Under the pieces are notes generated by a model. The model worked only from the letters and a program-made list of their open reading frames with translations, had not been told where the DNA came from and did no database searches. From Squalus acanthias (Eukaryota), in assembly GCA_030390025.1 (NCBI GenBank), contig CM059432.1, forward strand, positions 147,562,001-147,626,000: a stretch of DNA of 64,000 bases, in the 5' to 3' direction. Below are positions 1 to 12,986 of the stretch, one piece after another; position 1 is the first letter of the stretch; every line of letters starts with the position of its first letter. Both the position numbers and the translations under genes were made by a program.

Positions 1-540
1 CCACGCCCAGCACTTCCTGATGGTCAATGCCCGCTAACCTGGCATCAGTCATGATGCCTTCATCCTGCGTCAGTCTAGTGTGCCAGCAATCATCCAGCCA
101 CCACATGAAACTCTGAAACTCGAGGATGGCTGCTCGGAGACAAGGGCTATCCGCTCTGCACCTGGCTGATGACTCCCCTCCGCAACCCCACCACTCCTGC
201 CCAGCACTCATATAATGAGAGCCATGCTTCCACGAGGAACATCAACGAGCAGACCATCAAGGCTGCAGAAGGAATAATTTTGTTGCCTTGAGGAGCCCTC
301 CAGTGCAGGCCGGAGCAGGTGTCTCATTTCGCGGTGGTCTGCTGCATGCTTCACAGCTTGGCTATTATGAGGGCATAGCCCTTGCCACCAGGGATTGTGG
401 GACCACCTCAAGAGGAGGAGGAGGAAGAGGAAGATGAGCAAGTGGAAGAGGAAGAGGAGGTAGGGTGGAGGCAGGCAGCCAATCCCTCTTCCAGACAGGC
501 TGTCCATGAACATCTCATCAGACTCTGATTCCAGTGAATG
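1..540 (+). pseudogene. Decayed Harbinger transposase, 3' part
   Basis: [24 protein letters not shown] and an acidic tail, with stops and frameshifts. Confidence 0.88.
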
Positions 541-2011
541 AAACCCCAGATCTCCGTTGCTCACCACATCCCCCATCATACCATCCCTCTGTCACGGAAC
601 ATCACAGCGTCCTCCTGGGCACATAACTGAAATGAGAGCCACCACAAAAGATTCAGGGTGAGGATGTGGCATGGCCTCCTTATCTGATTTCCCAATTTCG
701 GGTGGTACAGCAGAGGAAAATCAAGCCCCAGCACTCCAAGTGCAAGTCAGTATCCACTTTGAACAAAATTGTCAAATGGTCGCTCATCATTGGATTTAAA
801 AGAAAACAAGTTGTTCGGTTCTACATTTATAATAAATTACTTAGAATTTCTTGAAATAAGTGCAGAATGACTATCCCCCAAAGGAAACTGAGATGGGTGG
901 AGAGAGCGCGCACCAAGGTTCCCTGATGCAGCCCTAGAGGCCTTGGTGCAGGAGGTGGAAAGAAGAGAGGTCCTATTCTCACAAGGGGACAGGAAGCCCT
1001 CCAGGCAAACTCGAAAACGACAATGGGAGCAGATAGCCGTTGCTGTCAATGCCAGCAGTGTCGCCCCGAGGACCTGGCTGCAGTGCAGGAAGAAGTTTAA
1101 TGACATCATACGAGTGGTCAAGGTGAGTGAATTCGTCTTCAAATGCCGTATCCCACCATCTGCACCACTAGCCTCATACACTGCTCAATGCACCAACACC
1201 CCCATCACTCACCTACCAACAATCACCACTATTCAACTATGGCAGGAACATCACCCAAACACCGCACTCACTGACACACTTCCCTTTCTTCTGCAGAATA
1301 AGGTGGCTCACAATCGGAGCCAGCGGGGGCTAGCCGAAGGGGCATAGGCGCGCCTGCATAATCTCACCCCCATGGAGGAGACGGTGCAGCTGGCCATTCT
1401 TGGCAGGGCAATCGCTGAGCCTATGGCCAGCGGCAGACCTGAAGCTATCCAAGATGACGATATCCTCATACTTAATCCTTATTCTCACATCCCTCTAGCC
1501 CCTCAGCCCATTACCTCTTCTGACTTCCAAGCTGCAGATGGTGTAAGCATGCACCTCTTGCTTTCACCCCCCCCCCCACCCCCGCCACCCCCCACCCCTG
1601 CTCAGACTGCTGCCATCGTGGCTGCGTTTACCAGTGTGGAAAGGGTCTTGCAGGGTGTCACAGCAGGCCAACAATCTGTCCTCTAACAGATTATTAGGAA
1701 TGCTAAGGTACCTCTCCCGGGAGAGAGGCAGTGGCTCCGTGGAGCACGAACACGCTGTCCTCTCTCAGGATGACAGCATTCCTGCTCCCACCACTGCCTC
1801 TCCGCCAGTGCCCTTGCTATTTCCTGTCAGCCAGTCAGCCCAGGCTGCTGCCGCCCATGCCAAGGTGGTGCAGTCTACAGCCGGGCCTTCTAGGCCCAGA
1901 GCTGCTCGAGGTCATCCTGCAAGGCCATCTGCAGTCTCCTCCACTGAAAGTCAGCAGCCTTCCACCAGCCATGGTGCAGTCACGGGGGGAGCACTTCATA
2001 GGAACACTAGA

Positions 2012-2857
2012 GGGGGTGATTTTGCCAGCCCTGGGGAGCCAGGTAAGGAGGCGGGACTGCCGGGAAAATGGCAGAATCTGGGGGCGGGTACCCATCCCAT
2101 CCCCAACCCGCCTCCGTGCCATGTTCCCAGGAGGTGGGTACCCGACCCGCGCCGGGTCCCGTCTCCTCGAGGCGGGAAGGGGATTAGTGCCAATTAACTG
2201 CCTATTAACAGGTAGTTAACTGGCAGTTTTTTTGAGAATCCCTATTTTCAGCCCTGAAGTGTGGGCTTCCCGACGGCTCCGAACCTCGCCAGGGTCAGTG
2301 AGGCGGGCCGTCGGTCTGCGGGGGTCGGAGGGGCCGAGATGTCCGGTGTGCAGGTAAGTGATGAGTGCATGTGTGGAGAGGTAAGTGTGTGAGGTGTGTG
2401 TAAAGCGTTTTAATAAGTTTTACTTACCTTTACTTCTTCCTGCAGGCTTCCTCCCTTCAGATCTCGGGAGTCCCTCAGCTCACCGACACAGAAAGCAGAA
2501 TGGCCGCTGAACTGTCAAAAGCTACAGCCTTCTGCTTTCTGCTCAGGAGAGCTCTCTAACTGAGTCTGAGTGGAAGGACTCCAGTTAGAGGACAGATTGT
2601 CAGTGTTTGACAGCTTCACAGAGCCGTCAAACGCTGACATTTCATCTGTCAAAAGCTCTTGACAGATGAAACATCACTCGCTGACGTCACCTGTAACCGG
2701 CTTTCCCTTAATTGGCCTGCTAAACCCGCTGGGCGGGCTGAACAAGGTCAATCAAGGGAAAATAGCGTGGGTTGGCCACAAGTTGATCGAGGCGGGACTA
2801 CAACCCGACAAGTGGGAGTCCCGCCTCCAAAAGCTCCCCATTGACAAAATCCAGCCC
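2012..2857 (+). mobile_element. Harbinger-type MITE, family B, inserted in a decayed Myb-like gene
   Basis: Ends GGGGGTGATTTT / AAAATCCAGCCC. Near-identical inverted copy at 54975-55773. The host Myb exon resumes at 2858. Confidence 0.85.
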
Positions 2858-3276
2858 TCAGACAGGCAAAGGCACCCGGAAGGCAAGCACTAAGGGAATG
2901 CACAAGGGGTGATTAGTTGACTTTTTTATGTAATATTTGATGGATTGATGGATAAAGTTGATTTGTATTGTTTTTGTTTTGTGGTGGCTTTCATTTCAGC
3001 ATTGTGGCCAAGAGGATACTGTGATGGTCCATATCAGAGAGATAGTAATGTGTGGGACTATTGGTGAATGTGGAATTGTGGTTGCGTTCACTGGAATCGC
3101 AGTCGTATGAATCGATCATGGACAGTCCGGGCAGAAAGGGGCTGTCTGGGATGCTACCTCTCTTCCACTTCCTCCTCCTCCTCTTCCTCCATCTCCTCCT
3201 CCTCCTGCTCCGGAGCTGGTGGCCATATTCCTGTTGGCAAGGGCTGTACCCTCATGATGGCAAGGTTGTGGAGCAT

Positions 3277-6200
3277 AGAAACATATAGGAACAGGAGGAG
3301 GCCATTTAGCCCCTCGAGCCTGTTCCGCCATTCAATGAGATCATGGCTGATCTGCCACCTAACTCCATATACCCGCCTTTGGCCCATATCCCTTACTTCC
3401 TTTAGTTAACAAAAAGCTATCAATCTCCGATTTGAAATGAACAATTGATCTAGCATCAATTGCCCTTTGTGGAAGAGAGTTCCAAACTTCTACCACCCTT
3501 TGTGTGTAGAAGTGTTTCCTAACTTCACTCTTGAAAGGTCTGGCTCTAACTTTTAGATTATGTCCCCTAGTCCTAGAATCCCCAACCAGCGGAAATAGTT
3601 TCTCTCTATCTATCCTATCTGTTCCCCTTAATGCCTTGAAAACTTCGTTCAGATCACCTCTTAACCTTCTAAATTCCAGGGAATACAACCCTAGTTTGTG
3701 TAATCTCTCCTCATAATTTAACCCTTGGAGTCCGGGTATCATTCTGGTAAACCTACGCTGCACTCCCTCCAAGGCCAATATATCCTTCCTAAGGTGTGGT
3801 GCCCAGAACTGCTCACAGTGCTCCAGGTGTGGTCTAACCAGGGCTTTGTACAGCTGGAGCATAAGTTCTATCGCCTTGTATTCTTGTATTCTAGTCCTCT
3901 AGATATAAAGGCCGGCATTCCATTAACCTTTTTGATTATTTTCTGTGTCTGTTGATGACATTTTAATGATCTATGTACCTGGACCCCCCAAGTCTCTTTG
4001 GACCTCCACTGTTTTTAGCTTTTCACCATTTAGAAAGTACCCTGTTCTATGCTTTTTAGGTTCAAAGTGGATGACCTCACATTTGCCTACATTGAAATCC
4101 ATTTGCCACAGTTTTGCCCATTCACTTAATCTATCAATATCTCTTCGTAATTTTATGCTTTCATCTAGACTGCCTACAATGCCGCCTATCTTTGTACCAT
4201 CGGGTAATTTGGATATGTGGCTTTCTATCTCATCATCTAAGTCATTAATAAATACAGTGAATAGTTAAGGCCCCAACACAGATCCCTGTGGGACACCGCT
4301 AGTCACATCCTGCCAATTAGAGTACCTGCCCATCATCCCTACTCTCAGTCTCCTGCCGCTCAGCCAATTTCCGAACCAGGTCAATAATTTGCCTTCAATT
4401 CCATGAGCTTCAACTTTAGCTAACAGTCTCTTATGAGGGATTTTGTCGAATGCCTTCTGGAAGTCCATATAAATAATATCAATAGACATTCCCCCATCCA
4501 TTACTTTAGTCACCTCTTCTAAAAATTCAATCAGGTTTGTCAGGCATGTCCTACCTTTCACAAATCCATGCTGGCTCTCTCTGATCAGCTGAAAATTTTC
4601 AAGGTGTTCAGTCACCCTATCCTTAATTATAGACAATTTCCCGACAACAGATGTTAGGCTAACTGGTCTATAATTCCTTGGTTTCCCTCTCTCACCTTTC
4701 TTAAATCAGCAGAGTGACATGCGCAATTTACCAATCTAAAGGAACGGTTCCTGAATCGAGAGAATGTTGGAAGATTATAGTTAGAGCATCTGCAATGTGC
4801 TCACCTACTTTAAAACCCTGGGATGGAAACCATCTGGTCCTGGGGTTTTGTCACTCTTTAGTGCCATTATTTTCTTCATTACTGTTATTTTGCTTACGTT
4901 AATTTTATTGAGGCTCTGTCCCTGATTCAATATTAGTTTCCTTGGGATTTCTGGCATTCTATCCTCTTCCTCTATTGTAAGTCCTGATGTAAAGTAATTA
5001 TTCAACATATCCGCCATTTCCTTATTATCATTGACAATATCACCGTTATCAGTTTTCCAGGGGCCAACATTGCTCCTGACCACCCTCTTTTTCTCAATAT
5101 AATTGCAAAAATTCTTTGTGTTGATTTTGATATTCCTTGCAAGTTTCTTTTCATACTTCCTTTTAGTAGCTCTTACTATCTGCTTTGTCACCCTTTGCTG
5201 TTCTTTGTATCTTTCCCATTCACTCGGATCTGTGCTATTTGTTGCATTTTTGGATGCTTTTTCTTTTAGTTTTATGCTGTCTCTTACCTCTTTAGTTGTG
5301 CATGGTTGCTTTTTTTTGGCAAGTAGAGCTCTTGCCCCTCAGGGGTATAAACTGGTTCTGTATCACGTTAAATTCTTTTTTGAACACCTCCCACTGATCT
5401 TCTGTCGTTTTACCCATTAACAGATTTGCCCAGTTTACTGTGGACAGTCTCTGCCTCATCCCGTTGAAGTCGGCCTTACCTAAATCTAGAGTCTTGGTAG
5501 CTGTTTCGTGTTTCTCCCTTTCAAACACTACATTGAACCCGATCATGTTATGATCGCTATTAGATAAATGTTCACGCACCGTTAGGCTGTTAACTAAATC
5601 TGGCTCATTACTCATTATTAAATCTAACATAGTCTGCCCCCTTGTTGACTCTAACATAGAAGATAGGAGCAGGAGTAGGCCATTCGGCCCCTCAAGCCTG
5701 CTCCGCCATTCAATGCGATCATGGCTGATCATCCAAATTCAGTACCCTGTCCCTGCTTTCTCCCCATATCCCTTGATCCCCTTAGCCTTAAGAAATATAT
5801 CTATCTCCTTCTTGAATATATTTAATGAATTGGACTCAACTGTCTTCTGTGGTGGAGAATTCCATAGGTTCACCACTCTCTGGGTGAAGAAATTCCTCCT
5901 CATCTCAGTCCTAAATGGCTTACCCCTTATCTTTAGACTGTGATCCCTGGTTCTGGACTCCCCCGCCATCGGGAACATCCTTGCTGCATCTAGTCTGTCT
6001 AGTCCTGTTAGAATTTTATAAGTTTCAATGAGATCCCCTCTCATTCTTCTAAACTCTAGCAAATACAAGCCCAATCGACCCAATCTCTCTTCATACGTCA
6101 TTCCTGCCATCCCAGGTATCAGTCTGGTGAATCTTCGCTGCACTCCCTCCATGGCAAGAACATCCTTCCTCAGATAAGGCGACCAAAACTGCACACAATA

Positions 6201-6461
6201 CTCAAGGTGTGGTCTCACCAAGGCCCTGTACAACTGCAGCAAGACATCCTTGCTCCTGTACTCGAATCCTCTCGCTATGAAGGCCTAGGATATATTGTTG
6301 CGGAAAACTATCCCGGGCACACTCAAGAAATTCACTACCTTTCTGACATGTGCTAGTTTGCTTATCCCAATCTATATGAAAGTTAAAATTCCCCATTAAA
6401 ACCACCCTGCGTTTGCTACACGCTTATATTATTTCTGCATTTATACAATCTAGCACTTCAC
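3277..6461 (-). mobile_element. 5'-truncated CR1 LINE with a nested CR1 3' fragment (~5654-6283)
   Basis: RT motifs [33 protein letters not shown] and LVRPHLE..QFW. AGCAT is duplicated at 3272-3276 and 6462-6466. Confidence 0.92.
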
Positions 6462-8136
6462 AGCATGCAGCAGACCACGACGAATCTTAAGACGTGCTCT
6501 GGTAAGTACTGCAGGGCTCATCCAGCGTGGTCCAGGCAGCGGAACCGTTGCTTCAGCATCCCAATGTTCTGCTCTATGATGTTTCGTGTGGCAGCATGGC
6601 TCTCGTTGTATGCATACTGGCACTTGTAGTTGGGTTGCGGAGCGGAGTCATGAGCCAGGTGGTCAAGGGATAGCCCTTGTCGTCCAGCAGCCACCCTCTG
6701 GTTTGTCTTGGTGTCTCAAAGATTGAGGGAACAGGAGACTGGCACAGAATAAAAGCATCATGACTGCTGCCAGGATACCGGGCATTCACCATCATGATAT
6801 GCTTAGGATGGTTGCACAGCAACTGCACAATCAGCGAGTGGAAACCTTTGCGGCCGCGGTACATCTCAGCACTTAGATGCGGTGTCGATAAAGTCACATG
6901 TGTGCAGTCGATGGCGCCCTGCACCATGGGGAAGCCCGCTATTCTGGCAAGGCCACGTGCACGCTCCGCCTGCTTTTCTCTGTCAGAGAGAAGAGAATGA
7001 AGTCCCCTCTCCTGGCATAAAGAGCGTCTGTCACCTCTCTTATACAGCAGTGGACTGCGAACTGTGAGATGTTACAGCTGTCGCCTGCTCCAGGTTGGAA
7101 GGATCCCGAGGTGAAGAAATTCAGGGCCACGGTCACCTTCACAGCCACTGGCAGCACTGTCCTTGTCCTGGAGTGAGGCTGCAGGTCTGGTTGCAAGAGG
7201 TGGCAGAGTTCTGTGAGCACCTCCTTGGTAAAGTGCAGATGCCTAACACACTGCTCCTGGCTCAGGTTGAGGGAAGAGATTTGCTCTCGGAAAACCCTAG
7301 GTAATTAAGACCTCCTGCTGAGAGCCCTTCTCCCCCTCCTCCTCCTCCCTCTGTGAGCAGCTTGTCCTCTTCTTCGCTGCCTCTGCTCCATCTCCCTGTT
7401 GTGCTGTAGGCCAAGGGGTGAGACAACTAGAGCCCCCATGACTGGGAGCAAGTGGTCTGAGCAGAACCCTTGAAGTCAGGACCAAGGCCTTCTCCACTTG
7501 CAGCACCACTCCCCGTCACCTCACCAACTTTAAACAACTCTAGAAAGCTCCAAACACTCCCACAAACTTACACAGAGCCAGTCGAAATCAATCAGCAACT
7601 AAACTTAGATTGGTTGCTGATCCCTTCAAATATCGCTGGTTGGGGGTCCTTGCTGATGCTGAACGCATTTTCAGCTGTGCGAGGTTATCACAGGGCGATA
7701 GTTCCAGCGTTGCAAACCAAAATGACAGCGCTGGCGTCAAATCATGTGTTGCACGCTGACTGACGTCACGATCTGCGCACTCTACGTACTTCCGGTGCAT
7801 GCTCCTAACGCCCGCCCTACCACCCTCACGACGATGGCATCCAACGCGGCACGCACCAGGAGCGTGCATGCACAGCGTGGATGCCATTTTCGGCACCTAT
7901 AGCGCTGAAAAATCAGGCGCTATGGAGCCGAATCTTTTGCCCATACCGTCCAGTGCTGAGACGACAAACAATTCTGAGATATGGAATAAACGTGCAACTT
8001 TTACAAGGATCAGTTGGGAGCGGAGATGTTGCACATGCTGGAGAAACTTTCATTCAATTACAATTTATAGTGATTCTCACCATAGATACTATTTGCAACA
8101 AGGTGTAAATCAATGAAAAACGGTGAGATTTCTTAC

Positions 8137-8478
8137 ATTTTGCAGAATGGTTCTAAAATCCAGCGTCTCTGGCTGATGGTTTGGCTTTTTTGCTTTTAAC
8201 TCTGCAGCTTTGTCAGCTTGTGGGTTGGATTCAGTGTCAGGATTATTTGAGACTGAAGGAGCTGTTGAGGTCACTGGGCTTTGTCCTGAAACAGAAGGCA
8301 CTGGCAGAGTTGTTCCTGCGCCGTAGTCCGGCTCCTGTGAGGTGGCGGCTGGTGCTGGTGCAGCCATACAGCTGGATGAAGGCCAAGGCCAGCTCTCTGA
8401 TATTTCATCCCCTGTTTGCTGCAACACGTCCAGGTACGAGCAGAAAGAAGACTGCTCCTCCATCAAACTCTGCAACTG
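8137..8478 (-). CDS. ITPRID1: ITPRID1-like exon near C-terminus (342 nt, phase 0 to 0)
   Basis: tctctcag acceptor (tandem CAGCAG) and AAT|gtaaga donor. Encodes QLQSLMEEQ...LDFRTILQN with no stop, so the final exon was not identified and may lie left of the window. Confidence 0.78.
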
Positions 8479-9799
8479 CTGAGAGATAAACCAGGAGTTT
8501 AGCACACTTTTATTTTAAAACTCGTGATCATGTTTTCTACAGTTTCTACAAAATGATCGAATTCAGAAGTGATTATGAATGGGTTGGACATAATGCAACA
8601 CCACCCGACATATATATTTCAAAGGGGTACAGTTAGAGTTAGTCGGAAAAGCAAAAGAACATGCCAAAAGTTAAATCTTCCAAACAAAGATAAGGTGGAG
8701 ATATTGAATAATAACCAGAAATAAAAGATCAAAGATCCAACAAGCTACCAATTCTTCCGACTGACAAGATGGACCTCAAAGTATTGCAGTCCTACTCCGA
8801 TGCCCAATTTGTTCCTATCTTTTGAGGGAAAATTCAGATGTGGGTGGGGTGGGGTTTCACTTCACCAGAGCATGGATTGAAAATAGGCTTTGATTCTACA
8901 ACCCGTACTCCCATCTGGTGAGGCTCCATCACGAGAATAATCTATGGAGTATTCGACCATCTGTGTCTATACTTATACAGGCCTCGCTGACTTTGGCCGT
9001 AAGTCTGTATTGGCAGGATCTTTCCTGTTCCATCCAAATGTGATTATTGGCAGCGTTTTGATTTCTGTTAACCTGTGCGTGAGATTGAATTCTACATTCA
9101 TTACAGGAACACGAGAAAGCATTGAAGAAGAGAAGAACGCCTTGCCCGTCAAGCTTGCCCCTCTGACAGACCTTGTACAATTTGTACAGTTGTAAACTAC
9201 TACCTTCTTCGGAGAAAGGCAAATAACCACAGCTAACACTTTCAAGAGGGAAAAACATGGAATTTCTACACGCCTCATGAGCAACAGAAATCTCCTGGAA
9301 ATTAATTTTCATTCCACTCTATAATGCTCAACACTATTCTGCAGGTAATATTCCTATAGTCCTGATAAATGTGGAATCAACATGGTCCATAGATTATTTG
9401 ACCATTTGTGTCTATACTTATACAGGCCTCAAATTTGCATGGACTGCAATCCTGGCACCTGTGCGGGATTGTGCCCACTGGTTCTCTGCAACACTGACTC
9501 TGCTGGACTAGGCGGGGTCAAAGGGGAAGCTAATTTGCATGGGACCTACACTACTCTTGGTGCACCTTGGGTGTTCAGCTTGCCTCACAGTCTGAGAATT
9601 GCAATGTGACTTTTCCATTCTGGGGAGGGTGCCAGATCTCTTCTTCTCCACCCTGCCCCCCTCCACCCTCCCCCCCCCCCCCACATCCCACCTCCCCCGG
9701 TCCCAGGAAAATGGTGCTTAACAACCCCAGAAGCCTCTGTGTCAGAGGGCCACTTAAAATCTTCGGGGCTCCTGGCTCTGACAATTAATTTTGTCTTGG

Positions 9800-12220
9800 A
9801 CCGGGCACAGGCACGATAGGCCAAATGGCCTCCTTCTGTGCTGCATCATTCTATGATTATTGCCTCTAAAAGGTTCCCCATCACCGATATTAGACTGACT
9901 GGCCTGTAGTTGCCAGGTTAATCTCTCTCCCTTTTTTTGAACAAGGGTGTAACATTTGGAATCCTCCAGTGCTCTGGCACTGCTCCTGTATCTAAGGGGG
10001 ATTGGAAGAATGTGATCTCGATGACCTCCACCCATACTTCCCTCAGCAACCTAGGATGCTCAGAGCTGGACTGGGTGACTTTTCTACTTTGAGCACTGCC
10101 AACCTTTTAAGTACCTCTTTATCTATTTTTATTCTATCCAATTTATCTACGCCTTCCTCCTTTACTGTGTCATAAGAAATAGGAGCAGGAGTAGGCCATT
10201 CGGCCCCTCGAGCCTGCTCCGCCATTCAATAAGATAATAGCTGATCTTCTACCTCAACTCCACTTTCCTGAACTATCCCCATATCCCTTGATTCCCTTAA
10301 TATTCAAAAATCTATCGATCTCTGTCTTGAATATCCTCAACGACTGAGCCTCCACAGTCCTCTGGGGTAGAGAATTCCAAAGATTCACCACCCTCTGAGT
10401 GAAGAAATGTCTCCTCATCTCAGTCCTAAATGGCCGACCCCTTATTCTGAGACTGTGACCCCTGGTTCTAGACTCTCCAGCCAGGGGAAACTACCCTGTC
10501 AAGCCCTGTAAGAATTTTGTATGTTTCAATGAGATCACCTCTCATTCTTCTAAACTCTAGAGAATATAGACCTAGTCTACTCAATCTCTCCTCATAGGAC
10601 AATCCCCCCCATCCCAGGAACCAGTCTGGTGAACCTTCATTGCAGTCCCTCTATGGCAAGTATATCCTTCCTTAGGTAAGGAGACCAAAACTGTACACAA
10701 TACTCCAGGTGTGGTCTCAGCAGGGCCCTGTATAATTGCAGTAAGACGTAAGTGAAGACAGATGCAAAGTACTCATTTAATAGCTCAGCCATGACCTCTG
10801 CCTCCACAGAAAGATCTCCTTTTTGGTCCCTAATCGGCCCCACCCTTCCTTTGACCACCTTTTTTATTATATATATGTTTTTAAAATACTTATGGGTTCT
10901 CTTTTATGTCACCCTCTAGTCTATTCTCATACTCTCTCTTTGCCCGTTATGTCCTTTTAGCAGTGCTCCTCTGTACTTTCTATATTCAGCTTGGTTCTCT
11001 ACTGTATTATGAGCCTGACATTTATCATAAACCTCCTTTTTCTGTTTCATTTTAGTCTCTATGGGGGAAAAATTCAGTTTGTTGCGCCTCCTGTTAGCGC
11101 CTTAAGAGGGCGCTAATGGGGCGCAAAGCAACTAGCGCCCGGGCGCAACGATGTTTGCACCGCTCGCGAAATTAACTAGACATTTTGCGGCAGCGCTAAA
11201 CACTACCGCCACGATCTCCTGCGCTGGCAGATCGTGACGTCAGGCGAGTGTGCAACGCCCCGGTAGCGCCCCAGTGCGGATATTAAGTGGCGCCCCCTGC
11301 CTTACTGCCTTACCGCCTGCCGCTAGCAACGACAGGTTGAGGGGAGCGTTTTGCAGTCAGGAAGGGACTGAGGGAGTGCTATTTAAAGGCGACCGCTTCC
11401 TGCCTTTTTTTGTTGGTGACATTTTTGAACTACGCATTGTGAGAGAGAAAGAGAGAGACTTCTAGAGAGATTCAACGCTGTGTGAAGAAGTTTTGGGTAC
11501 TGAGCAGCAATTTGCAGATTCATTTTGATTTGCCATTCCTTGTATCGATTTAGAAGAGACTGTGGGGGCTGCACTCTGAGCTCTTTCCCTGGTTCTCTCC
11601 ATTGTTCTTTCCAGCAGATTTGATGTACAGGTCTCTAAAGGCCGAGATTCAAGGCTGCAATGAGAAGGATGTGGATGGAAAGCAAGATCAACCCTCCCCT
11701 TTAAGAACTGGCCGGCGCCATTGTGTCTGTATTCCATTGCTGACTGACATCACATGAGCTTCGCCAGCGCTCTGAGGTAGCGCCTCGCTCCTCGGCCTTT
11801 GCGCCTTAAGACAGATGTGTAGCGCCTGATTTAGCACTCCAATCACCTCCAGGGGCAATAAAAGTCAAGTTTGCAGGCGGAGGCGATAATTAGCGCCAGG
11901 CGCTAATCTTTGCGCCCGGCCGATAATTGCGCCCCAAATGGGGCGATACTGAATTTCTCCCCCTATATCTTTAGTCATCCAGGGAGCTCTAACTTTGGAT
12001 GCCCTTCCTTTCCCCCTCATGGGAATATGTCTAGTCTGTACCTGAACTATCTCCTATTTGCAGGCCTCCCTTTTCTTATTTACTGTTTTACCTGCCAATC
12101 TTTGATTCCAGTCAACCTGGGCCAGATCCATTCTCAACTCACTAAAATTAACCCTCCTCTAGTTGAGTATTTTCACATTTGATTGTTCCACATCCTTTTC
12201 CATAACTACTCTAAACCTAT
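9800..12220 (-). mobile_element. CR1 LINE relic with a nested CR1 3' end (~10170-10748) and the 11063 Harbinger insert
   Basis: [24 protein letters not shown] and the CR1 3' tail (gagcaggctcgaggggccgaatggcctactcctgctcc). Confidence 0.85.
11063..11963 (-). mobile_element. Non-autonomous Harbinger (internal-deletion derivative related to the 12251 element)
   Basis: TIRs GGGGGAAAAATTCAGT / ACTGAATTTCTCCCCC, TAT TSD, inserted in a CR1. Both terminal 350-400 bp blocks are similar to the ends of the autonomous element. Confidence 0.92.
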
Positions 12221-12608
12221 TTAGTACAGATTCCAATTAAGAAAGACTTGGGGGGAAAAATTAGGTCGCGCCCCGTTTGGGGCGCAAATATCGTCTGGAC
12301 ACAAAAATTAGCGCCTGGCGCTAATTATCGCCACTGACTGGAAACTTCACTTTTACCGCCCCGGGAGGTGAGTGGAGCGCTAAAGCAGGCGCTGCACACC
12401 TGTCTTAAGGTGCAAAGGCCGAGCAGTGAGGCGCTAACTCAGCGCGCGAGCGCAGCGCAGGTGCTGCCAGTTAGCGAGGGAACACAGACACACTGGTGCT
12501 GGCCAGTTCTTAAAGCGGGGGGGCCAACTTGCTCCCCAGCCACACCCTGCTCATTGCAGCCTTGAATCTCGGCCTGGAGAGACCTGTGAATCCATTTTGC
12601 TGCCAAGG

Positions 12609-12845
12609 ATGGAGAGGGTGAGAGAACGAGCTCAGCGCTTCACCGAGCGGGCCTTGGATGCTCTGGTTGGCGCGGTGGAGCGCAGAAGATCTATACTCTT
12701 CCCTGAGAGTGGCAGGAGGCCTTTGCCACGCGAGTACAGAAGAGTGTGGAGGGAGGTGGCTCAGAGCGTCTCCTCCAGGAGCATGGTGCCCAGGACCCAT
12801 ACTCAATGCTGCAAAAAGTTCAACGACCTCACTCGGGTCGTCAGG
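12609..12845 (+). CDS. Harbinger Myb/SANT-like DNA-binding protein, exon 1
   Basis: MERVRERAQRFTERALDALV..ILF..WREVAQSVSS..RTHTQCCKKFNDL is a Myb/SANT-like (trihelix) pattern. Donor AGG|gtgagt, phase 0. Confidence 0.9.
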
Positions 12846-12986
12846 GTGAGTGGCTTTTTCTCAATACCTCTCCATCCCTCCATCTCAACCTCACTCTATG
12901 GCCAGAGGGTCTTAAAACCCCAATGCACAACACTCATCCAACACATATGGCCCTTTCATGAAACACACACACACATTCCACACTTT

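Larger units (their letters stand above)
866..7942. mobile_element. Decayed two-gene Harbinger split by nested insertions: Myb-like relic (+, ~892-2915) and transposase relic (-, ~3090-3276 and 6462-7440)
   Basis: Myb exon 1 (WEQIAVAVNASS..QCRKKFND|gtgagt), exon 2 from 1297 and an exon 3 fragment. Transposase motifs GAIDCTHV and DKGYP. TIR-like end near 7942; left end not found. Confidence 0.85.

Noticed and set aside
3359..6242. RT-like ORFs as an active LINE
   Set aside because: 5'-truncated, frameshifted and interrupted. No full ORF2 exists anywhere in the window.
8941..9432. ~45-bp direct repeat (gaccat.tgtgtctatacttatacaggcctc) as LTRs
   Set aside because: Too short and lacks TG..CA ends, PBS or PPT. 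Probably an old local duplication.
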